64,000 nucleotides of DNA from positions 459,087 through 523,086 of the forward strand of contig CAWEWO010000009.1 in NCBI GenBank assembly GCA_963812825.1. Reading direction: 5' to 3'. The stretch comes from an uncultured Bacteroidota bacterium (GTDB lineage: Bacteria; Bacteroidota; Bacteroidia; Chitinophagales; Chitinophagaceae). The notes beneath the pieces are model-generated. The model made no database searches. It was not told the DNA's origin and saw only the letters and a program-made list of their open reading frames with translations. Positions 35,036 to 44,783 of the stretch are shown here, piece by piece; positions within the stretch are counted from its first letter, which is position 1, and every line of letters begins with the position of its first letter. The translations under genes and the position numbers were made by a program.

Positions 35036-36662
35036 ATGAGTACCGAATCTGTTGCCAGGCACGGAGAAATATTTTCCGATGACCTGATTAATAAACAATT
35101 GCAGAAAATATTTCTTTGTCAGGCATTTTCCTCTTCTGATATTCTCCGCAACTTTCTTTCCTATATAATTGAAGAGACACTGGCTGGCCGTTCAAACACG
35201 ATTAAGGAATATACCATTGCCGTCAATGTACTTAATAAGCCTGTCAGTTTTAAACCCCAGCATGATGCTATTGTACGGATTCATGCAGGACGGCTTCGTC
35301 GGGCGCTAAATTATTATTACAAGGAAGCCGGAATCGGGGACAAAATTGAAATAAGCGTTCCCAAGGGAAGTTATGTGCCGGTATTCGGACACCTTTCGTT
35401 CCCTGACCTGAATAAGGAAGGAGATCCAATAAGTAAAAAGGAAGAATCAGTCTCAAAGGGAATTACACTGGCGATCATGCCTTTCAAAACTTTTGAAACG
35501 GATAAATCCCGGATGGCATTTGCTGATAATCTGGGTCAGCAACTAAGTGCAGAATTCGGCCGCTTTACAGATTTCTCGGTTATTTCCTATTATACCACTC
35601 AGCAGCTCACGGTAAAAAATAAAGAAATACCGGAACTGGCTTCGCATTTCGGAGCCCAGTTTGTTGTAACCGGAAATGTACAATTTGAAAGCCGCAGACT
35701 CCGGGTGGCCGTGCAACTTACAGATACCGGTTCGGGTGCCCAGGTATGGACCGAATTGTACAACTATAATTATAGCGCTCCCAACTTATTTGAGGTCGCA
35801 GACAATATTATAAATTCTGTTATTGCCGTATTGGGTGATTTTAATGGGGTGATCATGCAGCAGGTGGCCAAGGCCCTTCCCAAAAGCAAATCAGGTAAAC
35901 CCTGCTCAACCACGCTTTCCGGCCTATTATGATTTTTATACCCGGTTTAATGAGGAGGGATTTAAAATAGCTTATTCTGCTATGGAAGAAGCCGTTGTAC
36001 AAAACCCTTCAAATGAGATCGCATGGGCATTTTTGGGCGAACTAAACCTGCTTGCATTTTTATTTAACCAGACAACCGCCAGAGAATCCGCTGATTATGG
36101 GTGTCAGATGTGCCCGGACAGCATTAAAGTTAAATCCGCTTAGTCAGGAGGGACATATTACCCAGGGTCTGGCAAACTTATTCCTGAATAACAAACAGGC
36201 GGGCGTGGAAACACTGGAATATGCACTCAGCCTGAATCCAAATGCTTCCGGAACAATGGGCATAATTGGCTGCCTGCTGATCGGTGCCGGTGAATATGAC
36301 CGGGGTATCGCCCTGATCAGAAAATCGATGGAGCGGAATAAATCTTACCCGCTTTTCTTTCATTTATTCACCAGCCTTTATCATTTTAAACAGAAAGAAT
36401 ATTTCCTGGCATACCAGCAGGCAGAAAAAATGGGAATGCCTGATCTCGGCATTGAATATTCTATTGCGTATTGCCATCTTATCCCAATTGGGCAAAAAAG
36501 ACAGAAGTTGGTGCATTGATCAGGTCATTGCGAACAAATCCCTCAAATAAAATATGGATTTCAAAGGAATATATGTCCAGGTTTTTCTCAGACGGTGAAC
36601 TGGTTGATAATTTATTTAAGGGATTAAAATCTGTAAAGATCCCGCTCCTGACGGTAGCCTGA
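35036..36662 (+). CDS. Putative one-component regulator: OmpR/CadC-like winged helix, TolB-N-like domain and TPR repeats; frameshifted
   Basis: FLSYIIEETL..IKEYTIA..DAIVRIHAGRLRRALNYYY..ISVPKGSYVPVF; LAIMPF..FADNLGQQL..RLRVAVQLTD..QVWTE; ALKLNP / ALSLNP TPRs. Confidence 0.8.
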
Positions 36663-36683
36663 ACAGGCAGTTTCCGGTTTCCG

Positions 36684-36700
36684 GTTTATCGGTTAAATGG
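36684..36700 (-). promoter_or_regulatory. Shared 17-bp motif, copy 3 (minus strand CCATTTAACCGATAAAC)
   Basis: + strand GTTTATCGGTTAAATGG, identical to 42187-42203. Confidence 0.65.
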
Positions 36701-36863
36701 CACCGGTTTAAGTTATTGATAGAAGATTGATCTAAATTGCAATTGTAGCCAAACCGATCTTAACAATAGCTGCTTGATTTCTTAGATACCTTTCATTCCA
36801 GCTGCCCTTGTCGCGGATCTGTTTTATGTGAATCCTGATTTACAGTATTTAAAATAATTATTA

Positions 36864-37607
36864 GTGAATACATTCAGTAATTTCCCGAAAAGCAGGACCA
36901 TCCTGGTTTTCATCATGCTGATATCCTGCCTCTCCGGCTTCGGACAGAAAAAGCCGGTGGATACATTCGATATTCATAAAGCCAGTTTTTTTCTACCGCA
37001 GCCTCTTCCGGGCGGCCAATACTCCTCCTCTATTTCTGTTCTTTACGTGGTTACACCTAAGGACTGGACCCTGGATAATGTAACGGCCCCGATGTTTTTC
37101 TACCAGGCCAAATACACCCTTCCAAAAGGCTTTAATGTTCAGGCCGGTCTCCAGAGCCTGATCATTTCAAACAGAATCTATCTGGGACCTTACTGGAACT
37201 ACAAGATAGACAACAACAATTATGTCGGGCTTGGATGGAACGTGGCCTTTAATTTTGGCGTACTCAATCAGTTCGGCTTTGCCACCACGCTCACCGGATG
37301 GGAACAGCAACCTTCCATTTCCATCGGCCATATGTTTGCCAGAACAGCCGTTACATTCCGCGCCGATCTCTTTTGGACAACCGCACTGAACATCACGGAG
37401 GATAAACATACCATATCATCAGGCAACCCCTTTATTAACGGGTATAGTTTTTCAGCGGATTTTGAACAGAAATTATATAAAAACCGGGCCATTAGTTTCG
37501 GATTAAGAATGGATTATGTCCAATATCATATCGTGGCCTGGCCTGCATTTCCTGTAAACGGTAAAAGATACTGGATGCCCGAATTCAAGATAGGTTTAAA
37601 CTTATAA
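36864..37607 (+). CDS. Hypothetical outer-membrane protein
   Basis: Intact 247 aa; signal peptide; terminal strand FKIGLNL. Confidence 0.7.
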   Translation: MNTFSNFPKSRTILVFIMLISCLSGFGQKKPVDTFDIHKASFFLPQPLPGGQYSSSISVLYVVTPKDWTLDNVTAPMFFYQAKYTLPKGFNVQAGLQSLIISNRIYLGPYWNYKIDNNNYVGLGWNVAFNFGVLNQFGFATTLTGWEQQPSISIGHMFARTAVTFRADLFWTTALNITEDKHTISSGNPFINGYSFSADFEQKLYKNRAISFGLRMDYVQYHIVAWPAFPVNGKRYWMPEFKIGLNL

Positions 37608-37624
37608 TTGCAATACACATCATT

Positions 37625-38871
37625 ATGATCTTTCGAAATACATATAAATACTTCAATTTTAATTATTCTCTTCTTTTCCTGTTCCAGGAACCAGACTACA
37701 TATCAGCCGCCGATAGATATCGGAAATGTTGCTTTCATACCGTATACCAAGATGAAACCCATGGAAGCCATTTATGACCTGGCTTCAGGCAGCGATCAGC
37801 TGGGAACCAGTTTTGTCTGTAAGGTTTCCAAATACCGGGTATCTTTTTTTGGTAACGGTGGTTATTTTATGATCCTGAAATACGGACTGGAACAAAATGA
37901 CAGTTCATTAAAATTTTCCGGTTTCTACCGGTATTCCAAAGATGCGAGACAGGGACTCGTGAATTTCAGTTTGCCAAAAGCAGAAGCGCTTGCATTTCTG
38001 GCTACGGGTAATATCGGTAATCTGACTTTAAACGGAAATATTGAAAACGGGAACGGAACCGAGACACCGATCAGCCTGAAGTTTTCAAGGAATTTCTCGG
38101 CATATGCTAAAAATACCCCCTTCGAAATATACGCCCATCATGGTGTGCAAACGGTCGCCAATCCACCTTTTGCCGAAAATTCCATCCTGGGAGTACTGAA
38201 TGATGAGGATTATGGCGTGAACGGACTCGAATTCGACGTTCATCTTACCAGGGACAGTGTTCCGATTATGATCCACGACGCCAATATTAATGTACGTCTG
38301 CAAAAGAAAAGTCCCATTTCCGGTGATCTCGATCAGTTCACTTTTAATTTTCTGGATCAATATATCGAATTGATCGACGGCCAAAAAATTGCTTCACTGG
38401 AACATTGCTTAAGGGACTTCATTGATTCAACTACTATGACTTATTTCTGGATGGATATCAAAGGAGATGACGGTATTTTCCAGGCCCTGAAACCAATTAT
38501 TTTAAATGCACAGGCACACGCAAAAGCAGTGGGCAGAAATGTGGTTATATATGCTGATTTACCTTCAACAACAGGTAATCAGCGAATTCCAGTCTTATCC
38601 GGCTTACCGTGCAGATACCAGCTTAAAGACAATGTGTGAGCTCACCTTTCAGGATGTAATTGATAATGGATGTACACGCTGGGGCCCCCGGTATTCAAGA
38701 GGATTGTTGCTGAGTGATGTGGCAACGGCACACTCAATGGGTATAAAAGTGATCAGCTGGACACTTAACGACGAAGGATTAATTAAAAACTATATGAAAA
38801 ACGGGCAGTTCGACGGATTTATATCCGACTATCCCTGTTTTGTGGTATATGAATATTACACAACCAAATAA
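37625..38871 (+). CDS. Glycerophosphodiester phosphodiesterase family lipoprotein; frameshifted
   Basis: YAHHG, AENS, LEFDVHLTRD.VPIMIHD, MDIK, WTLND, DGFISDYP; lipobox-like LFSC. Confidence 0.85.
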
Positions 38872-38907
38872 CACGAACAAAATTTTCCTGGCCATTAATA
38901 CAATCGC

Positions 38908-39501
38908 ATGCGCATTCATAAATTACTTATAGCTCTAATATTCTGTTTTATAACGGGTAAATCATTTGCCCAGAATGGAGAAGGTTATACGGGTAAGTAT
39001 AAGAAATTTGCCATCTACGCCGGGGCAGGTCCAAGTTATTTTTTCAATAACGTGGAAACCTTCAAAGACGATGTTAGCTCATTTAAATATGCAATCTCGG
39101 CCAGGTTCATGTGGGAACCCCAGACATTCCTTTGTGTCACTTGGATTTGAAACCGGTTACTACATATTTGTATTCTGCAAAAAGTACAGAATCCAAGGGG
39201 AGATGTGTCAAATACATGCGTACCATTATTGTTCGTAGCGTCTATGAAATTCTCCAAAAAATTCTATGCCAACTGGTCGATGGGACAATCCCTCAACTAC
39301 AATAATATCAGCAATACGGACAGTTCTAAGTATAATTTCAATTCCAGTTACCTGTCTCCTTCAGATTTTGCGGTTACTTTCGTATACCGCCTTGTACAAA
39401 AACCAACCATTTCTTATAACATTGAACTGAAAGGCTTCTACTCCTCCAAATACGAAAATGCAACGATCGCCCTGCTTTTTATTGTGGGATTCAGGCTTTA
39501 A
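38908..39501 (+). CDS. Hypothetical small outer-membrane beta-barrel; frameshifted
   Basis: Signal peptide, amphipathic strands, terminal IVGFRL. Confidence 0.6.
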
Positions 39502-39502
39502 T

Positions 39503-39789
39503 GCAAGTATGGAAGTATGGAAGTATGGGAATGTGGATATCGCCTATTGCCGTAAACTTCGTTATTCGATCAACGATAATCGATCCACGATTAACGATCC
39601 ACGAATACTACGATCCACGAAACAGTTTGACTGGCAGCAACAAAAAAAGGGAGCACGCTCCCTTTCTTTATTTAATTGCAAATGTAAATTGACTAACGAT
39701 GTCAAAGATAATCAGCTATTCCACCCATACTTCCATACTTCCATACTTCACACTTCCATACTTCCATACTTCCACACTCCCATACTTGC
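39503..39789. repeat. 287-bp intergenic cassette with inverted octamer arrays at both ends and an internal heptamer array
   Basis: Left GCAAGTATGG(AAGTATGG)2; right (CCATACTT)-like x8 ending CCATACTTGC; heptamers ACGATCC/TCGATCA at ~39566-39620. Confidence 0.85.
39642..39669. terminator. Bidirectional intrinsic terminator between convergent genes
   Basis: AAAAAAAGGGAGC-ac-GCTCCCTTTCTTT. Confidence 0.75.
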
Positions 39790-39793
39790 CTGA

Positions 39794-40352
39794 TCACTTC
39801 TTCGCTGCCATTCCCGGAGGAAAACTGGCCATGATTTTTTGAACGACTGTATTGATTGCTTGTTCAGGATTACTCGATGGTGAATCGATATCCTGATTGC
39901 CAATCCCTTCCCATAGTAATTTGGTCGTTGACGCATTGGCTACTTCAATGATTAGAGAACCGGCTACATAATTCTGAACATTCACCGTGGTGGACATATT
40001 TCCGCCGCCCCATGCATAAGGTCTGTATCCACCACCGTATCCATAAGAATTTGCAATGATTTCTTTTTCGTTCTTCAAAACGCTGGTAATATTTACCAGC
40101 ATATCTGCATTTTCAGATTCTGTAAAACCCTTGGCAATCATTTGCTGCCCGGACAGCATTGATCACACGGGTCTGGTTAAACTGGCTGAGCGCCTGGTAT
40201 TGCTGCTCCAGCTTCACGATCCTGAATGTATGAAACTGGCTGAAATTGGCAGTGTGGTCGTAGTCATTGGTTACCGTTAACGTCGGTCCGCAGGAAGTCA
40301 ATAAAATCACGGCGGTTAAAAAGGCGGCTGACAAAGAGATCACTTTTTTCAT
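39794..40352 (-). CDS. DUF4136 domain lipoprotein; frameshifted
   Basis: Lipobox LTSC, DYDHTANFSQFHTF, YGGGYRPYAWGG, YVAGSLIIEV...LLWEG, MASFPP. Confidence 0.88.
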
Positions 40353-40419
40353 AATAGATGTTTTAGAAGAAGATATATTAAAGTTAGTTAACGGGGAGCG
40401 GACAAGCGGAAGTTTTCAA

Positions 40420-40436
40420 TTATTTAACGGTAAAAC
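40420..40436 (+). promoter_or_regulatory. Shared 17-bp motif, copy 4 (TTATTTAACGGTAAAAC)
   Basis: 15 contiguous nt identical to copy 2; between divergent DUF4136 and DUF2490 genes. Confidence 0.6.
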
Positions 40437-40603
40437 AAAAGTAGGGAAAACCGGGATAAGCTATTCATTTGCATCTGCCTGAAATAAATAATCTGACTAA
40501 ATTTGATTTTTATCGTACCGCACTATCCCTGAGCACCTGATATAAGAAAAGGCTCAAAACCACGCTTAAAACTTTTGATTTAACTGTTAAACGAAAAAAA
40601 TCA

Positions 40604-41382
40604 TTGAGGCAGACCTTTCCTGAAAGCCGTTTTTCTTTGTGTCTCCCTGTTAGGCACAAAAATGCTTTCGGCCCAGGATAGTTCCACGCCAAATCAGATC
40701 TGGCCGGAAGTGGAAGCATATTACCGGATCAATGAAAGAATCAGGTTTTATGGTGATGGTTTCCGGAACCAGGTCCAATTCAGCCTATACCGATGGAACC
40801 GCCGGCATTTACATAGATTATTTCGCCATACCCTGGTTAAGAGGGAAGAAATATGCTGAATTGCATGATACGACCATGGGATATTACTGGTGGTTCCGGA
40901 CAGGATATTCCTATTCGAATGCACCTCCGGGAGATAAGAAAAAAGTGGTGAACATTTTTGAAACGGAAACCAATAATAATTTTCATTTGCCTGAAGACAT
41001 CGTGCTGACAGACCCGTAACCGTCTGGACTGGCGTTGGGTAAATGGCGACTTTCAACCCATTTACAGACCCAGGGTAAAATTCGTCCGGAATTTTAAAAC
41101 TGCATACCTGACTTTCAATGCTTATATATGGAGCGAATACTTCTTTTATTTAAATGATAATTCAGAGGACAGGTTGCGACTGACATTTGGTTCCCAAATA
41201 AAAGTCACGAAAAACCTGGATTTTGAAATATATTACCTGTACCAGTTCGCCAATAAGCCCGGAGTTGAATCCATTGCATGCGATAGGAATACAGATTGAT
41301 CTTTATTTCAAATCGAAGCAGTATAGACAGACACTTAGAAGCCGCAGAAAAAAGCCCTGATGATCAACCTTGGCGTAAATAA
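40604..41382 (+). CDS. DUF2490-like outer-membrane barrel; frameshifted, ends approximate
   Basis: QIWPEVEAYY, FRTGYSY, RNRLDWRWVNGDF..IYRPR, RLRLTFG, EIYYLYQ. Confidence 0.7.
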
Positions 41383-41402
41383 ATTTTCACTTAAGATTAT
41401 AT

Positions 41403-42082
41403 TTACTGAAGCTTCTTGGCATAATTCGTATTCGAAATCATAAGTTTCATGTTCTTGGCCGGCAGATCCAGTTCCCCGTCATTAAACGCAGTCAGACCGT
41501 TGCTGAAGGTTTTATAATTAGCAGTTCCTGAAATGGCATCCCCGCTGGTGACTGTAGAAGCAAAACTCTGACTGATATACGCAAGCGTACCGGCCATGAC
41601 CTTCATCGTTAGCTGATCATTTGGCTTGTTTACATTGGCTCCCTTTACTGTAATCGTATTACCGGCCTGTGAAATGCCGGCAGCATCAAAATAATCAACC
41701 ATTTTACCCTTTGACATATAGATATACCCCACACTAACCTGGACAGCATCATCCACATATGCTTTCATTTCTGCTAATTTTCTTTCTCGCAATATCACCC
41801 CGGATTCCGCGTGGTTGGAGGAGGGTCGGTCGGTGTACTGGAAACTGCCGTTGTTACCATTTTTCCATCAGGACCGATCGAAAGAGAACTGACAACCGTA
41901 TTTTTTAAAGTGCCTTCGATAAATACCTGAACGGTCCTGGTCCATACATAGCCGGCCAGTTGCTTCCGGTTCGCCGCAGCAGCCGCAGAGACCTGCAGGC
42001 TGAGATTTGTTTTGTTGTTTTGTGCAAATACTCCCTGTAACAAAGTGACCAGAATGCCACAAAAAAGAATTGTTTTTTTCAT
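41403..42082 (-). CDS. Hypothetical exported protein; frameshifted
   Basis: Signal peptide; fragments 41795-42082 and 41403-41798 join through one frameshift. Confidence 0.7.
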
Positions 42083-42186
42083 TGTGTTGAGGTTAAATAT
42101 TGATTGTGCCTGAGTTCGTGTGGTGTGCTTAAAATAAATAATTTAAGATCCGGATGAAATTACATCCAATAAACTGAAATGAATTC

Positions 42187-42203
42187 GTTTATCGGTTAAA
42201 TGG
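42187..42203 (-). promoter_or_regulatory. Shared 17-bp motif, copy 5 (minus strand CCATTTAACCGATAAAC)
   Basis: Identical to 36684-36700; in a divergent intergenic region. Confidence 0.65.
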
Positions 42204-42370
42204 GAAGTCAATTTATTGATTTACGGTTTATTAGACTAAGTTCCGGATGCCGTAATCTGATTGATTATCCCTATTATGTTGCTCCGGAATACCGGAAATA
42301 GATTTTATTCGTAGTTGTTTTTCAGATATCCCTGATTACGTAATAATTTCATTAATAAAACCGGCATTCG

Positions 42371-44770
42371 TTGTCACTATTCAAATCCTTCTTCCCGCTT
42401 TTTCTTATTCTCTGTCAAAAAACTGCTCAGGCCCAACTGGCCGGGTTCACATTGGACGAAGCAAGTGACAAACTGGAGCACATCGATGGAAAGAAACAAA
42501 ATGCCGGTTATTTATACGCAACAGCGGGAAACCGTATCTATTGCATCGGCAGTCAGTCCGGCAGTTTCCCGGATGTAGGCTTTCATGTTCCTGGCGAAAT
42601 GGGCGGTATCTGGCAACAGCCGGTTAAATTAATGGATGGATTTGAATTCACGATCAGGGATAGACGAAAAAACTATTCAATACATCCCCGCTCCGATCGT
42701 TTTATTGCTTATCCATTCGTTACAAAATTTCTGTATACCGATGAATCTGAAAAAATAACGGTAGTACAGACACAGTTTATTCCGGATAATCTGCCCGCGA
42801 TAGCCATAGAGTATAAAGTCCAAAACAATTCTTCAGAAGAAAAAAATATAACCTTCGAGTGGCAGGCTGATATAAACCTGATGCCGGTCTGGCTTGCGGA
42901 ACGTATCGGAATAACCGATGGAACGGATCAGTTTTTATCTTTCGACAGCACCGGGGGTGTACTTACAGTGAAAGACGGATCCAATAATTGGTTTGCTGGA
43001 ATCCAATTTGATAATCGTTCGGCCCGGCTAAAAGAAATAAAGAAATCTTCCCGTAAGGGAAAGGGGTTGACCGGAATCATTACCGTCGATATGGATATAC
43101 CCGCCCTTTCCTCAAAATATCTTCGGATCTATATCTCCGGTTCGCTGAAAAATAGTCTTGAATTAAACCAAAATCTTGCATTTGTAAAAAGCCGGCTATC
43201 CGATTTATTTGAGGAAAAAAAGAATCGCTATATTAAGATTGAAAATACTGCAGAGCTTAGTCTTCCAGACAGCTTGTTACAAAGGGCGTATAACTGGGGA
43301 AAATATGCGACGGACTGGCTGCGACGTGATGTGCCCGGGCTGGGCAGAGGACTGAGCGCCGGCCTTCCCGATTATCCCTGGTTTTTCAGTAACGATCAGG
43401 CCAGTACGTTTATGGCCTTAACCGGAACTCTCCCGCCGCAGATATTCTTTGACGCATTCAGTATGCTGAAACGTATTTCTGATAAAGCCAACGACAGCAG
43501 TGGAAGGATCATTCATGAAGTTTCTTCCAACGGAGTTGTTTATAATAAAGGCAATATGCAGGAATCACAGTTACATATCATCGCAGCCTGGCAAATATTT
43601 AAATGGACGGGCAACATAAAATTTCTGAAAGAAAATTATTTATATGCTAAAAAGATATGGAAATGGCTGCAGACGCATGATACCAATCACAATGGCTATA
43701 TAGAAGGTTACGGCGGAACTGAAATTGAAGGGCTGAATGATGAAATGCTGGACGTACAAATAAATACCTGTCTTTTTTTAGATGTGCTTGGCAGGATGGC
43801 AAATGTTTTCGGTGAGTTTGATATCGCCCGTGAGTACTCAAAAAAGAGCATCTCATTAAAAGAAAAGATTAACCGGGAATGGTGGGTGGAAAGCGAAGGC
43901 TTTTACGCGGACTTTCTCAGTTCTAAAGAAAAAGCCATACAACTGATCGATGATGCACTGGCAAAGCGGGTGAAACCCGAAAGAAATCTATGGGCCAAAG
44001 AAAAACTAAATCATCTTAAGACAGCGATTCAGGAAAATAAATATCCATACCCGGGTTATCTGGTTTATTATAATTCAGGCGGACTGGCCCCGGCAACGGA
44101 AGGCATTGCCGACACGACAAGAGCCTTGCAAATGATCCGTCAGTATTCATTTTTCACGAATAAATTCGGAACTTATATTGCAGGAATAGAGAGGCCCGAC
44201 AATATCTCCACGGATGAAAGATCGTTTCAAAAAGACAGTAGTTTCTCTTATAACCGGGCCGTTATGCCAATCGCCACTGCGGGTCTGATCATCGCCGCAG
44301 CGCGTTATGGAATGCCTGACACGGCTTTGCTTTACATGCACCGGATGCTGAATACTTTTAGTTTTGCAACCCCGGGAACCACCTATGAAGTGTCACCCGA
44401 CTATGGCATGTTTGTGCAGGCCTGGAATATATCCTGCCTCAATATTCCCATCATTCATTATTTTTTTGGAATTAACCCGGATGCTTATAAAAAAGAAATA
44501 TCCATCCGGCCCCGGATGCCTTCAGACTGGAAAGAGGCTTCCCTCAAAAACCTGCTTATAGGGAATACCCGGTTTTCGATTCAATACCTCAAAGAAAAAG
44601 ACACAGTCACCTGTGTCCTTCAATCTTCAGAACCCGGATGGAAAGTTCATTTTATTGCAGATGAAGCACCGGGGAAATTGATCATCAATCATACCATCGT
44701 ACAACCATCGGGAAAATGGATAGAACTGGGAACCACGCTTCTTACCATTCAATACAAATCCGGCAAATAA
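42371..44770 (+). CDS. Secreted six-hairpin glycosidase (amylo-alpha-1,6-glucosidase / glycogen-debranching-like)
   Basis: Intact 799 aa; signal peptide; HVPGEMGGIW, AGLPDYPWFFSND, GRIIHE, EVSPDYGMFVQAW. Confidence 0.82.
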   Translation: MSLFKSFFPLFLILCQKTAQAQLAGFTLDEASDKLEHIDGKKQNAGYLYATAGNRIYCIGSQSGSFPDVGFHVPGEMGGIWQQPVKLMDGFEFTIRDRRKNYSIHPRSDRFIAYPFVTKFLYTDESEKITVVQTQFIPDNLPAIAIEYKVQNNSSEEKNITFEWQADINLMPVWLAERIGITDGTDQFLSFDSTGGVLTVKDGSNNWFAGIQFDNRSARLKEIKKSSRKGKGLTGIITVDMDIPALSSKYLRIYISGSLKNSLELNQNLAFVKSRLSDLFEEKKNRYIKIENTAELSLPDSLLQRAYNWGKYATDWLRRDVPGLGRGLSAGLPDYPWFFSNDQASTFMALTGTLPPQIFFDAFSMLKRISDKANDSSGRIIHEVSSNGVVYNKGNMQESQLHIIAAWQIFKWTGNIKFLKENYLYAKKIWKWLQTHDTNHNGYIEGYGGTEIEGLNDEMLDVQINTCLFLDVLGRMANVFGEFDIAREYSKKSISLKEKINREWWVESEGFYADFLSSKEKAIQLIDDALAKRVKPERNLWAKEKLNHLKTAIQENKYPYPGYLVYYNSGGLAPATEGIADTTRALQMIRQYSFFTNKFGTYIAGIERPDNISTDERSFQKDSSFSYNRAVMPIATAGLIIAAARYGMPDTALLYMHRMLNTFSFATPGTTYEVSPDYGMFVQAWNISCLNIPIIHYFFGINPDAYKKEISIRPRMPSDWKEASLKNLLIGNTRFSIQYLKEKDTVTCVLQSSEPGWKVHFIADEAPGKLIINHTIVQPSGKWIELGTTLLTIQYKSGK

Positions 44771-44783
44771 CAACAGTCAGCTC

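Noticed and set aside
35036-36662. Adenylate cyclase
   Set aside because: No class III cyclase catalytic domain is visible; only wHTH-like, TolB-N-like and TPR regions.
39503-39789. CRISPR array or small CDSs (ORFs 39458-39793, 39501-39692, 39748-39936)
   Set aside because: Units are 7-8 nt with no unique spacers; the ORFs are translations of the repeats (VWKYGSME / HTSILPYF).
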